A stretch of DNA of 64,000 nucleotides from Planctomycetota bacterium (GTDB lineage: Bacteria > Planctomycetota > UBA1135 > UBA2386): positions 6,816,001 to 6,880,000 of the forward strand of contig OZ245838.1 of the NCBI GenBank assembly GCA_965228735.1, given 5' to 3'. Position numbers and translations under genes: made by a program. Numbering within the stretch: the first letter of the stretch is position 1; every line of letters starts with the position of its first letter. This document shows, piece after piece, positions 11,440-24,632 of the stretch. Below the pieces are notes generated by a model, which worked only from the letters and a program-made list of their open reading frames with translations, had not been told where the DNA came from and did no database searches.

Positions 11440-12246
11440 ATGCAGACCGTTCTCGGAACTCCGATCACGCATCTCGCGCCGAGCGATGGACCAGCGTTCC
11501 TGATCTCGGATCTGCACGTGCCGCTCGGCGGCGGCAAAGTCCTCGCGTTCCTCGACGCGGCGCTCGCGGCGGCGCGGCGTGAGCGAGCGCGTCTGCTCGT
11601 GCTCGGCGATCTGTTCGACACCTACATCACGGCGCGGCAGACCGACGTCCTGATCTGGCGGGACGTCGCCGCGCGCTTTCGCGAGGCGCACGACGACGGC
11701 GTTCGCATCGACGTGCTCCCCGGCAATCGCGACTTCCTGCTCGGCCCCGAGTTCGTGGCGGCGAGCCGCGCGCAGCTGCATCCGGGCGGGCTGCGACTCC
11801 GACTCGGCGGTGTCGACACGCTGCTGCTGCACGGCGACGAGCTGTGCCAGAACGACCTGCCCTACCAGCGCGCGAAGAAGTGGCTCCGCAGCCGCTGGTT
11901 GCGCCTCGTCGCGCGCCGCCTGCCCGTCGGCCTCGCGCTGCGTGCCGCCGAACGCGCGCGGCAGAAGAGCGCCCAGGTGATCGCGAGCGGCGACCAGTCG
12001 CGTTTCCTGCCCACCAGAGCCGCGGTCGACGCGACGTTCCAGACCGGCGCCCGCCGGCTCGTCTTCGGCCACATCCACCGCCTCGCCACGGCGACCCTGC
12101 CAACCGGCCAGGAGACGTTCGTCCTGCCAGCCTTCGATGCAACCGCGACCGGCTACCGCGTGGACCGCAGCGGCATCACGCCCGTGCGATTCGAACCCGA
12201 GTCCGTTGTGACATCGGACGAGCCAGCGCCCCTGCCACTGCGGTAA
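11440..12246 (+). CDS. lpxH: UDP-2,3-diacylglucosamine diphosphatase
   Basis: ISDLH, LGDLFD, GNRDFL, LHGD, FGHIH; the GNRD motif is characteristic of LpxH. Confidence 0.85.
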   Translation: MQTVLGTPITHLAPSDGPAFLISDLHVPLGGGKVLAFLDAALAAARRERARLLVLGDLFDTYITARQTDVLIWRDVAARFREAHDDGVRIDVLPGNRDFLLGPEFVAASRAQLHPGGLRLRLGGVDTLLLHGDELCQNDLPYQRAKKWLRSRWLRLVARRLPVGLALRAAERARQKSAQVIASGDQSRFLPTRAAVDATFQTGARRLVFGHIHRLATATLPTGQETFVLPAFDATATGYRVDRSGITPVRFEPESVVTSDEPAPLPLR

Positions 12247-12394
12247 GGAAGGACGGGTCCGCACCGACCCAGGCCCGGCGTACGGGTACCCGGCGTACGG
12301 GTACCTGGTTCATGTCGCCAGCATGCGCGATGGCCAGTGGATGATCCTGGCAGCTTGAACCAGGTACCGTACGGCCGGGTTCGGTACCGCCATC
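12247..12394. repeat. Composite REP-like intergenic palindrome
   Basis: 15-bp tandem CCCGGCGTACGGGTA x2 (12274-12303); near-perfect inverted repeat 12289-12312/12356-12379; CGGGTTCGGTACCGCCATC (12376-12394) identical to 24715-24733. Confidence 0.75.
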
Positions 12395-12397
12395 TGT

Positions 12398-13942
12398 TCA
12401 CAGGTCGACGCCTGTCATCGTCAGGACGAGGCGTTGGACGTCGGCGAGGGTGAAGGTGTCGGCGCGGACCTCGGCGCGGATCGTGTTGTCGTCGATCTCG
12501 AGTTCGGTCGCGTGCACCCGGGTCGCGAATGCGAGGGCCTGGGCGTCCTCGCGCAGTTGCCACGGCAGCAGTCGCTCGGCCGCGATCGTCGGGCGCAGTT
12601 CGTCGACGCGGGTGACGAAGTCCTCGGCGTCGATCTCGTCGCGGGCCGTGAGTTCGATCGCGAGGCGCATGCCACGGTCGTCGAAGTCGATTCGGATCTC
12701 GCCGCCGCGGATCGCGGGCAGGTCGAGTGCCCGCAGTAGGGGCCAGACCTTGGAGCGTTCGGGCAGCACGATACGAAGTGCCGTGGGCGGGCCCTGCAGC
12801 AGCTGCCTGGCGCGGTCCGGCCGCGGCTTGCCGGCGCTGCCGCCCTTCGTCGCCAGCAGACCGTCCTCGAAGAACTCGATCTCGGCGTTGAGCAGGCGCG
12901 GGCGTTTGAGCTGCTGCTTCCGCGTCGGTTCGCCGAGCGGTCGCCGCCGCGGTTCGAGCTCGCCCGCGGCCTGCCAGCTCACGATCGCGGGGAAGTCGGC
13001 GTCGTTCTGCGCGCGCACGATCACGCAGGAATGATCGAGGCGGATGTTGCCGAAGCGGTGTGCGAACGCGAACGGCAGCTCACCGATCTGGTCTGCCATC
13101 CACTGCGCGCCGTTGCGTTGCGCCGGCGTCACGGGGCCGCCCGCGCGGACCAGCAGGTAGGCGGTCTTGTGGGCTGCGAACTGGCGCCCCGTCCGCGTCA
13201 GCCACGACACGTCCGGCAGGCGGGCATGATCGACGAGGATCGCGGCATCGAAACCGAGCGGCAGCTTCAACGTCGCGGGGTCGAGCCGGCGCCGTGGCGG
13301 CGACCAGGCCTCGCCCCGCAGTCGCTTCGTCGCCCGTTCGGCGCGACGGCGCAGCGGCTCCGGAGCGTCGGCGCGCGCGAGCCCCATGCACTCCGCGACC
13401 GCGCCCTTCACCCCGCGCCGTTCGAGCAGGTCGATCGCGAGCATCAGGTCGAACGTGCGCGCGCGATCGAGGTCGTCGTCGAGGTCGAGGTCCGCGACCT
13501 CGCTGATGGCCTGGCCGAGCAGCTGCCGCAGCGCGATGTCACTCGTGTCGATGCCGAGCGCCTCGAAGTGGAACACGGCGTCCGTCATCCCGAGCAGGTC
13601 GCCATGGCCGTGGCACAGCATCGCGGCCGTCGCGACCGCGCCGGAGTGCCGGTCGTACTCGTGCTCGAAACCATCGCGCAGCAGCGGCACGTAGTTGTCG
13701 CGCCCCGGAATCAACATGCCGGCATCGGCGAAGAAGAACATCTCGAGCGCGCCGTTCTGGCCGCGCCGCCAGCGCGAGGCTTCGAACCGGCCGCCGGCCC
13801 GGATTCGCGCCGCGATCGCCTGGGGCGCCTCGACCGGCCCGGGTTCGTCCGGCGTGCCGGGGGGCGGGGAGTGCTGGGGCGGCGCGAACGGCGCGAGCGC
13901 GAGGGCGAACAGCGCGGTGCGGGCACGGGACATCGCCGCCAT
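12398..13942 (-). CDS. Hypothetical secreted protein
   Basis: 514-aa ORF with signal peptide and GC3-biased codons. Confidence 0.7.
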   Translation of the reverse strand: MAAMSRARTALFALALAPFAPPQHSPPPGTPDEPGPVEAPQAIAARIRAGGRFEASRWRRGQNGALEMFFFADAGMLIPGRDNYVPLLRDGFEHEYDRHSGAVATAAMLCHGHGDLLGMTDAVFHFEALGIDTSDIALRQLLGQAISEVADLDLDDDLDRARTFDLMLAIDLLERRGVKGAVAECMGLARADAPEPLRRRAERATKRLRGEAWSPPRRRLDPATLKLPLGFDAAILVDHARLPDVSWLTRTGRQFAAHKTAYLLVRAGGPVTPAQRNGAQWMADQIGELPFAFAHRFGNIRLDHSCVIVRAQNDADFPAIVSWQAAGELEPRRRPLGEPTRKQQLKRPRLLNAEIEFFEDGLLATKGGSAGKPRPDRARQLLQGPPTALRIVLPERSKVWPLLRALDLPAIRGGEIRIDFDDRGMRLAIELTARDEIDAEDFVTRVDELRPTIAAERLLPWQLREDAQALAFATRVHATELEIDDNTIRAEVRADTFTLADVQRLVLTMTGVDL

Positions 13943-13979
13943 CGTAGCGCCGGTCGCGGAGACCGGAACGACGCGCGGC

Positions 13980-15536
<1,557 letters not shown>

Positions 15537-15599
15537 GGGGGAGCTTCTTAGCGTGTCGCCTGCTCAAGGTCCTACGAAACACCGGACGATGACGTTCCC

Positions 15600-16721
15600 G
15601 TGGAGCGTTTCCCGGAGTCGCGATCGAAGGCCGCGCTGAGCCGGCGCAAGCGCTTCTGGTTCCGCTTCGCGCTGCTGCTGTTCGGGATCGGCGTCCCGCT
15701 CGCGGTCTTCGAGGTCGGCCTGCGGTTCATGGCGTTCCGCGCCGACGCCGCCGCGGCCGCCGCGTGGCAGGAGGTCGGGGTAGCCGTGCCCGAGGACGGC
15801 CGCGCCAGCCTCGTGCACATCATCCGCCCGTGCCCGAACGATCGGCTCGTCTACGAGCTGCGCCCGGACCTCGACGTGACCTACGAGGGCGCGCGCCTCA
15901 CGACCAACGCCGTCGGGCTGCGCAGTCCGGACGTCGCCACTGGCAAGCGGGCCGGCACCTTCCGCATCGTCGGCATCGGCGACTCGGGGATGTTCGGTTC
16001 GGGCGTGCGTGACGAGGACAACTTCCTCGCCGTCACGCAGCGTCGCCTCAACGCCGAACTGCGCGACGAACCGTTCGAGTTCGTGAACACCGGCGTCCCG
16101 GGCTACAACACGACGATGGAGGTCGAGACCCTCGTCGTGAAGGGCCTCGCGTACGAGCCGGATCTCGTGGTCGTCGACTTCTGCGGCAACGACCTCGACC
16201 TGCCCAACTTCATCTCCGCGGCCGAGGACTACTGGACCCTGTCGCGTTCGTTCGTCTTCGAGTGGGGCGCCCGCGTGATCAACGGCGTCGATCGCATCAC
16301 GCCGAACCCGTTGGTCGGCGCGCCGCATCATCGCGACCTGTTCCGCCGCGAGAACGACCCGGACCGCGTGCCGCCGCGCTACCGCGACATGGTCGGCATT
16401 CCGGCGTATCGGCGCGCGATGCGGCGCCTCGCCGCGCTCGCCAGGGAGCATGACTTCCCCGTCGTCGTCACGTGTCACACGCGCGCGCCCGACTACGTGC
16501 GGGAGATCTGCGACGAGCTCGGCTTCCCCGTGCTCGACGCCGCGCCGCGCGTCGAGGCCTACATGCGGGAGCACGGTATCGCGCGCTACCTCGGCTCCGA
16601 GCTCTCCGTGAGCGCGACGGATCCGCACGGTTCGGCGATCACGCACGGCCTCATGGCCGACATGCTGCTCGAGCACCTCAGGGCCGAACCGCGGGTGCGG
16701 GCGTTCTGCGAGCGTTTCTGA
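15600..16721 (+). CDS. SGNH/GDSL hydrolase family protein
   Basis: N-terminal TM helix; IGDSGMFG, NTGVPGY, GND, DPH. Confidence 0.8.
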   Translation: MERFPESRSKAALSRRKRFWFRFALLLFGIGVPLAVFEVGLRFMAFRADAAAAAAWQEVGVAVPEDGRASLVHIIRPCPNDRLVYELRPDLDVTYEGARLTTNAVGLRSPDVATGKRAGTFRIVGIGDSGMFGSGVRDEDNFLAVTQRRLNAELRDEPFEFVNTGVPGYNTTMEVETLVVKGLAYEPDLVVVDFCGNDLDLPNFISAAEDYWTLSRSFVFEWGARVINGVDRITPNPLVGAPHHRDLFRRENDPDRVPPRYRDMVGIPAYRRAMRRLAALAREHDFPVVVTCHTRAPDYVREICDELGFPVLDAAPRVEAYMREHGIARYLGSELSVSATDPHGSAITHGLMADMLLEHLRAEPRVRAFCERF

Positions 16722-16782
16722 GCCCCGCGCCGGAACGAGCGGGAGCCCGGGGCGGCGTTCGGATAGATTGTCGGGCAGGAAG

Positions 16783-17745
16783 ATGGACCTGCCTCGACCC
16801 GAACTCGCCGAACTCGATGAGGAACTGCAGCGCGTCGCGGCCATGCGCCGGCGGCGCGAGCGCCTGCAGCGCGACGAGCACGCGATCCTCGCGAATCTCA
16901 GTGACGCCCGCGATCAGGAACGGGCCTGGGACGAGCGGGTGAAGAATGCGCGCGAGGACCTGCGAGCTCTCGAAGGGCTGAGTCTCACGAGCCTGCTGTC
17001 CCGGCTGACCGGCGACCGCGACGAGAAGATCGCGGAGGAGCAGCAGGAGCTCGTGCGGCACAAGCTGCGGCGCGACGAGGCCCGGGCTGCGCTCGCGCCG
17101 CTCGCGGCCGATCTCGAGCGGACGCGGGATCAGATCGCGCAGCTCGGCGATCTCGACCAACTGCGCCAGCGCCTGCTCGACCGCAAGGAGGAGCTGCTGC
17201 TCGACCGCGGCGGGGAGGCGGCGGAACGGCTCGTCACGACGGCCGAGGAGCTCGGCCGCATGATCGACGAGGAGGTCGAGGTGACCGAGGCGGAGTGCGC
17301 CGGGCTCGAGGTCGTTCGCGAGCTCGACGCGGCGCTCGAGCACCTCGGTTCGGCCCGCAGCTGGGGCACGTTCGACATGCTCGGCGGCGGCCTCATCGCG
17401 ACGATGTGCAAGCACGGCGGCATCGATCGGGCCCAGCCGCACATCGAGCGGGCCCAGCAGCATCTGCGGCGGTTCGAGCGCGAGCTGCGCGACGTCGACG
17501 GGGAGCAGAACGCGATCGCGCTCGACATCACCCAGTTCTTGCGGATGGCGGACTACTTCTTCGACGGCCTCATCGTCGACTGGATGGTCCAGTCGCGGAT
17601 CGTGAAGGCGATCGAACGGGCCGCGGAGACCCGGCGGACGGTCCGCCAGGTCGTGCTCGTCCTCGCCGAGCGCAGCAAGCACCTGACGACCGCGATCGAG
17701 ACGGCGCGGCGGGATCGGCGGCGCTGGCTCGAGGCGGTCGGGTGA
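16783..17745 (+). CDS. Coiled-coil hypothetical protein
   Basis: E/R/L-rich heptads; WGTFDMLGGG and DYFFDGL look conserved. Confidence 0.7.
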   Translation: MDLPRPELAELDEELQRVAAMRRRRERLQRDEHAILANLSDARDQERAWDERVKNAREDLRALEGLSLTSLLSRLTGDRDEKIAEEQQELVRHKLRRDEARAALAPLAADLERTRDQIAQLGDLDQLRQRLLDRKEELLLDRGGEAAERLVTTAEELGRMIDEEVEVTEAECAGLEVVRELDAALEHLGSARSWGTFDMLGGGLIATMCKHGGIDRAQPHIERAQQHLRRFERELRDVDGEQNAIALDITQFLRMADYFFDGLIVDWMVQSRIVKAIERAAETRRTVRQVVLVLAERSKHLTTAIETARRDRRRWLEAVG

Positions 17746-17961
17746 ATCGGCCGGGCGGTGGGGGTGGGGGCGCTCCGGGGCCCGGATTTTTGACATTCCC
17801 GGAGCCCGCGAGTGCGGCCGGCCGGTAAGCTCTTTGCCCCCTCACCGGCCCTCGGGGCCGGTTCCGGATTCCGGCAAGGTTCGACGTCCGGCAGCGATCT
17901 TTGCCAATGTGGATCGATTTTCCCCCGATAGCAACTCCGTGTCCATTCTGACGCATCCCTC

Positions 17962-19497
<1,536 letters not shown>

Positions 19498-19559
19498 TTA
19501 CTGACTCTCAGTCGTTTCTTCGCGTTTCCCGTTTCTCTCGAACAACCCCTTTTCATTGC

Positions 19560-21467
19560 ATGCACGGTAAGAACCTCATCAAGAAGTTCGCCATGGCGGA
19601 CGACGAGCTCTCGCGGCTCACGTCCGAGGCCTTCGGTGGCACCTCCCTGGCAGAACTCGACAACGCGATCGGCGAGACCGTCGCCGAACTCGCGCCCAAC
19701 AAGATCGTCCGCGGCAAGATCATCAAGGTGCAGGAAGACGGCACCGTGATCGTGGACGTCAACTACAAGGCCGAAGGCCACATCTCGATCGAAGAGTTCC
19801 CGGACCCGCTGGCCGTGCAGGCGGGCGAAGAGGTCGAGTGCCTCGTCGAGCAGATCGACGACGCGGAGGGCTTCATTGCGCTGAGCAAGCGCAAGGCCGA
19901 CCGCATCCGCGGCTGGGAGAACATCATCCAGACGCACAAGGAGGGCGACAACGTCAGCGGTCTCGTCCTGCGCAAGATCAAGGGCGGTCTGCTCGTCGAC
20001 ATCGGCGTGCCGGTCTTCCTCCCCGCGTCCCAGGTCAACATCCGCCGCGCCGGCGACATCGGCGACTGGATCGGCAAGGACATCGAGGCGCGCATCATCA
20101 AGATCGACGAGGAGCGGATGAACATCGTCATCTCGCGTCGCAAGCTCATCGAAGAGGAGCGCGAGGCGAAGAAGGCGGAACTCATGGCCGTTCTCGAAGA
20201 GGGTCAGGTCCGCACCGGCGTCGTCAAGAACATCGCCGACTTCGGCGTGTTCGTCGACCTCGGCGGCATCGACGGTCTGCTGCACATCACCGACATGTCG
20301 TGGGGCCGCGTGAACCATCCGTCCGAGATGGTCGGGCTCGACGACCAGGTCGAGGTCAAGGTGCTGAAGATCGACCGCGAGCGCGAGCGCATCGCCCTCG
20401 GCATGAAGCAGAAGTCCGCTTCGCCGTGGGAGAACATCGGCGAGAAGTACCCGGTCGGCCAGCGCGTCGCCGGCGAGGTCGTCAACCTCATGAGCTACGG
20501 CGCGTTCGTCAAGCTCGAGGACGGCGTCGAAGGCCTCGTGCACATCTCGGAGATGTCGTGGACCAAGCGCGTCAACCACCCGAGCGAGGTCGTCAAGATC
20601 GGCGATCGCGTCGAGGTCGTCGTGCTCGAGATCGACACCGAGAAGCAGACCATCTCGCTCGGTATGAAGCAGACGGAGGTCAACCCGTGGGACCTCGTGG
20701 CCGGCCACTACCCGCCGGGCACCGTCATCCGTGGCAAGGTGCGCAACCTGACCAACTACGGCGCGTTCATCGAGCTGCAGGAAGGCATCGACGGTCTGCT
20801 GCACATCACCGACATGTCCTGGACCCGCAAGATCACGAACCCGTCCGAGGTCGTGAAGAAGGGCGAGGAGATCGAGTGTGTGGTGCTGTCGGTCGACCAG
20901 GAGAAGAAGCGCATCGCGCTCGGTCTCAAGCAGCTGCAGGCCGACCCGTGGAGCGGCGACATCCCGGCGCGCTACCACATCGGCGACTCGGTGCCCGGCA
21001 CGGTCACCAAGATCACCAACTTCGGTGTGTTCGTGGAGCTGGAGCAGGGCCTCGAGGGTCTGCTGCACATCAGCGAGCTCGCCGACCACAAGGTCGACAA
21101 CCCCGAAGAGGTGGTCAAGGTCGGTCAGCGCGTCGAGGTTCGCATCATCAAGATCGACACCGACGAGCGGAAGATCGGCCTGACGCTGATCCAGGCGCAC
21201 TTCGACGAGAGCGAAGAGGCGGCGCAGGCCGCGGCGCAGACGCAGCCCGAGCCGGAGCGCGCTCCGGCCCTCGGTTCCCTCGCGAGCCAGCTCAAGGGCA
21301 TCGGCCTGCGAGGCAACGAGAACGAGGCTGGTGCGGCGCCAGCCCAGCCCGAAGAAGCCCAGCCCGAAGCTGCGGCAGAGCCGACGCCGGAGGCCGCTCC
21401 CGAGGCGCCGGCCGAGGCGGGCAACGAAGGCGGCGACGCGTCGTCCGAGGAGCCGAAGGCCGAGTGA
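19560..21467 (+). CDS. rpsA: 30S ribosomal protein S1
   Basis: Repeated S1 domains (GLLHITDMSW, GLVHISEMSW); located downstream of cmk; acidic tail. Confidence 0.97.
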   Translation: MHGKNLIKKFAMADDELSRLTSEAFGGTSLAELDNAIGETVAELAPNKIVRGKIIKVQEDGTVIVDVNYKAEGHISIEEFPDPLAVQAGEEVECLVEQIDDAEGFIALSKRKADRIRGWENIIQTHKEGDNVSGLVLRKIKGGLLVDIGVPVFLPASQVNIRRAGDIGDWIGKDIEARIIKIDEERMNIVISRRKLIEEEREAKKAELMAVLEEGQVRTGVVKNIADFGVFVDLGGIDGLLHITDMSWGRVNHPSEMVGLDDQVEVKVLKIDRERERIALGMKQKSASPWENIGEKYPVGQRVAGEVVNLMSYGAFVKLEDGVEGLVHISEMSWTKRVNHPSEVVKIGDRVEVVVLEIDTEKQTISLGMKQTEVNPWDLVAGHYPPGTVIRGKVRNLTNYGAFIELQEGIDGLLHITDMSWTRKITNPSEVVKKGEEIECVVLSVDQEKKRIALGLKQLQADPWSGDIPARYHIGDSVPGTVTKITNFGVFVELEQGLEGLLHISELADHKVDNPEEVVKVGQRVEVRIIKIDTDERKIGLTLIQAHFDESEEAAQAAAQTQPEPERAPALGSLASQLKGIGLRGNENEAGAAPAQPEEAQPEAAAEPTPEAAPEAPAEAGNEGGDASSEEPKAE

Positions 21468-22624
21468 TCGGTCGCCGGCGTTTCCGAAGCGGCGCGGGGC
21501 TCGCGCTGGCCGCTCTGCTGGCCAGCGCGTGCATCACCGTCGTCGAGGAAGCGCCGCTCATCGGGGATCAGATGGAGCTGCCGCCGTTCGCGGTGGCGCA
21601 GACGATCCCGCTCGGCAAGCCCTCGCAGTCCGAGGGCGAGCGGCAGCTGATCCAGCTCTACGACGGCATCCTGCGCCGCATGCAGGAAGCCGCGGATGAT
21701 CGTCAGGTCGACGTGCTGTTCGACCTGCTGAACAGCTACCAGAAGCCGGGGCTGCCCGACTGGCTGGCGAACCGGCTCGCGGGCTACCGCGCGCTGGCGC
21801 ACGGCCTGCGCTTCCTCGAACACGCGGTTTCGCGCGCCGAGCTGCGGCTCGTGCCGGCGACGGTCGAGGGGCCGGCCGACGGGGCGGGCGCCGCGGTCGA
21901 GACCGCTGCGACGGCGACGCCCGAAGGCATGTCGACCCGGATGCCGCACCTGCCGCCGATCGGCGATCCGCTGCAGCTCGAGTTCATGCTGCCGCCGATG
22001 GTGACGCCGATCCGGCTCGGCGGCCACGACGACAGCGACCCCGTGACGTTCGCGATCGCGATCACCTACGAGGACCTCTACGTCCACGGCGGTTCGAAGA
22101 AGCCGCAGGCCCAAGGCTTCGAGTCGCTGCCACGCGAGTTCGTGCTGCAGGCCGGCGAGCCGCTGCGACTGCCGATCCGGTTCGCGATCCCGACGGACGG
22201 CGCGGTGCGACGCACCGTGCACGTGCGCGTCGACATCCTGCCGGGCTACGTCCGCGTCGAGAACGCTCGGACCGGCGACGGCAGCAGCGGCGAGGTGCGT
22301 GCCCCGATCGAGCGCCGCACGCTGGCGGCGAGTTCGTGGCAGCAGTTCCCGGCCGGTCACCGACCGATCGCCGAGCGCCCACTCGCGACCCTGCGCGAGG
22401 CCATTCGCCTCGGCGACAGCAAGCACTTCCCGCACGTCCTGCTCGGCGCGCTGTTCACGACCGGCCCGGACCGGCAGGAGGCCATCGCGCTGCTCATCGA
22501 CCAGGTCCGCTTCGCCAACGAAGCCCTCGCCATGGTCGCCACCGCCGCCCTGCGCGAGATCACCGAGGCCGACATCCCGATCGGCGACCGCGAGGCCTGG
22601 CTCCGCTGGGCCACCCGCCGCTGA
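21464..22624 (+). CDS. Hypothetical lipoprotein with C-terminal HEAT-like helices
   Basis: GTG overlaps the rpsA TGA; LALAALLASAC lipobox; this is the 3' part of track ORF 19838..22624. Confidence 0.75.
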   Translation: MIGRRRFRSGAGLALAALLASACITVVEEAPLIGDQMELPPFAVAQTIPLGKPSQSEGERQLIQLYDGILRRMQEAADDRQVDVLFDLLNSYQKPGLPDWLANRLAGYRALAHGLRFLEHAVSRAELRLVPATVEGPADGAGAAVETAATATPEGMSTRMPHLPPIGDPLQLEFMLPPMVTPIRLGGHDDSDPVTFAIAITYEDLYVHGGSKKPQAQGFESLPREFVLQAGEPLRLPIRFAIPTDGAVRRTVHVRVDILPGYVRVENARTGDGSSGEVRAPIERRTLAASSWQQFPAGHRPIAERPLATLREAIRLGDSKHFPHVLLGALFTTGPDRQEAIALLIDQVRFANEALAMVATAALREITEADIPIGDREAWLRWATRR

Positions 22625-22640
22625 TGGCGGTACCGAACCC
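22623..22640. repeat. 5' part of the left arm of a 33-bp inverted repeat (carries intron IBS2/IBS1)
   Basis: GATGGCGGTACCGAACCC joined to 24633-24647 is the exact reverse complement of 24701-24733. Confidence 0.85.
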
Positions 22641-24632
22641 TTGCGCCAGGCGAAGCCTGGACGGGAGAAATCATGACCTGACAGGAATGAGAACCCCGTA
22701 TTGGAGTCCCGCGGGTGACGAAACCCGCCCGGCGAAGGCTAGCCACCAGCCGGAAGCGAGTCTTGCGTGGCGACCGGGTAACCGCCGCTGCGAAGCGTAG
22801 ACAGCGAGGATGTGGGCGGCGCGACTGAGCCCCGAAAGTACCGACAGCGAGAGAGCCGACGTGGTGGGTTCATCGGAAGGCAACATGGAAGGGCCGCAAC
22901 CGGCTTGGCCCGGAAGTCTCTCCGGGGTCCTGAGAACGACCGCACGCATCCATCGGACTCCCCAGGAACCTGGGATCCCCTCGATTGGTCCGATCGTCAA
23001 CTCCGGCTGGGGCCCGGAAACCAACTCTCCAGGGCCGCGACGTCGTGTCCGCGTCGGTGCCGTCAAGGAATCCGGACACACGGCCGGTACCGCCGAGCGA
23101 AGGAAACGAAGCGACGCGGGACGCCAACGAGGGAGTCGGAGTGCGTCATAGTACCAAAGAGTCCGGGGAACCCGCCCCACGGGGACCCGGCGGAGGGAAG
23201 GGCGTCACCGGCGACAAGGAACCGCTGGACGGACCGACCACGGAGACGACGGGCTCCGAGCAGGTCTCCACGAAACTCCGGCGGGTAGCGGAGCTGGCGA
23301 GGCAGCGACCAGACCTGGTCCTGACCACACTGGCACACCACATGGACATCGCGCTTCTGCGGGAGGCGTATCGCCGCACGCAGAAGTCCAAAGCTCCTGG
23401 TGTCGACGGCGTCACGGCTCGCGACTACGAGCAGGATCTCGAGGGCAACCTCGCGGACCTGCACGAACGCGCGAAGTCAGGGCGCTATCGCGCACCACCG
23501 GTCCGGCGCGTGCACATCCCGAAAGGGAAGGGTGGCACGCGTCCAATCGGAGTGCCGACGCTGGAGGACAAGGTCTTGCAGCGGGCGGTGACGCAAGTGA
23601 TGGAGGCGGTATATGAGCAGGACTTCTTGGACTGCTCGCACGGCTTCCGTCCCGGTCGCTCGCCGCACACGGCACTGGAATCGCTTTGGAAGCATGCGAT
23701 GTCGATGGGTGGCGGCTGGCTGTTGGAAGTCGACATCCAAGGTTTCTTCGACAACCTGGAGCCGACCCATCTGCGAGCGATCCTCGACCAGCGGGTGCGC
23801 GACGGAGTGTTCCGTCGACTGATCGACAAGTGGCTGAAGGCGGGGGTGCAGGAGGACGGTGCGCTGCATCGCTCTCGCAAAGGCACCCCACAAGGAGGCG
23901 TGATTTCGCCGCTGCTGGCGAACATCTATTTGCACGCAGTGCTGGACCGTTGGTTTGTCGAGGAAGTCAAGCCGAGGCTTGCCGGTCGCGCGGAGTTGGT
24001 CCGCTATGCGGACGACTTCGTGATCCTGTTTGCCGTCGAAGCCGATGCACGTGCGATGTCGTCGATCCTGGCCCAAAGGCTCGGGCGCTTCGGCCTCACA
24101 CTGCATCCGGACAAGACCCGGTTAGTCCGCTTCCAACCGCCCGAAGACGGCGCGGCGGGGAGCGGCACTTTCGACTTCCTGGGCTTCACCCATCACTGGT
24201 CACGCTCCCGGCGCGGCCGATGGACCGTGCAGCGGCGCACCACACGACACGTCGTGACCCGTACCCTGACTGGGCTACGGGATTGGTGCCGTCGCAATCG
24301 GCACGACAAGGTCCGCGTCCAGTACTCCACCCTGTGCTCGAAGCTACGGGGGCACTACCTCTACTTCGGCGTGACCGGCAACTCTGCTGCGTTACGTCGC
24401 GTATGGTACGAGGCCCGTCGCATCTGGCATCGGTGGCTGAGCCGGCGCTCGCGGGCGGCCTACATGTCGTGGGCCCGCTTCGAGCAACTGCTGCGTGCAT
24501 ACCCGCTTCCTCCGCCCCGGCTGACCCGGTCGGTCTACGCAGCGAGCCCTTGTCGCTGACGAGCCGGATGCGTTAGCCGCGCACGTCCGGATCTGTGGGA
24601 GCCCTGGGGGGAGACCCCCAGGGCCACCCGGC
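22641..24632 (+). mobile_element. Full-length group II intron (IIB-like, IEP lacking endonuclease domain)
   Basis: 5' TTGCG; EBS2 GTACCG 22838-22843; EBS1 GGGTTC 22866-22871; RT ORF; DV 24561-24593 with AGC triad; DVI with bulged A 24626. Boundaries are fixed by restoration of the flanking inverted repeat. Confidence 0.92.
23225..24559 (+). CDS. ltrA: Group II intron reverse transcriptase/maturase (start uncertain; first ATG at 23342)
   Basis: KAPGVDG, RRVHIPK, RPIGVPTLEDK, GFRPGRS, GTPQGGVISPLLANIYL, RYADD, FDFLGF, X domain; no HNH. Confidence 0.93.
   Translation: MDGPTTETTGSEQVSTKLRRVAELARQRPDLVLTTLAHHMDIALLREAYRRTQKSKAPGVDGVTARDYEQDLEGNLADLHERAKSGRYRAPPVRRVHIPKGKGGTRPIGVPTLEDKVLQRAVTQVMEAVYEQDFLDCSHGFRPGRSPHTALESLWKHAMSMGGGWLLEVDIQGFFDNLEPTHLRAILDQRVRDGVFRRLIDKWLKAGVQEDGALHRSRKGTPQGGVISPLLANIYLHAVLDRWFVEEVKPRLAGRAELVRYADDFVILFAVEADARAMSSILAQRLGRFGLTLHPDKTRLVRFQPPEDGAAGSGTFDFLGFTHHWSRSRRGRWTVQRRTTRHVVTRTLTGLRDWCRRNRHDKVRVQYSTLCSKLRGHYLYFGVTGNSAALRRVWYEARRIWHRWLSRRSRAAYMSWARFEQLLRAYPLPPPRLTRSVYAASPCR

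Noticed and set aside
12274..12303. Possible CRISPR repeats
   Set aside because: Two adjacent 15-mers with no spacers and no cas genes; no CRISPR array was seen in the window.
17790..17831. Perfect TTGACA upstream of cmk
   Set aside because: No -10 element at 16-18 nt spacing; the nearest TAAGCT is about 30 nt away.
19838..22624. 928-aa ORF overlapping rpsA
   Set aside because: Only the part from GTG 21464 looks like protein; the rest is an off-frame read of rpsA. The same applies to the 5' extensions of 7695..10688, 50506..53919 and 54073..56625.
22985..24559. RT as retron, DGR or defence RT
   Set aside because: YADD, an X domain, adjacent DV/DVI and EBS-IBS pairing identify a group II intron; no TR/VR pair or msr-msd was seen.
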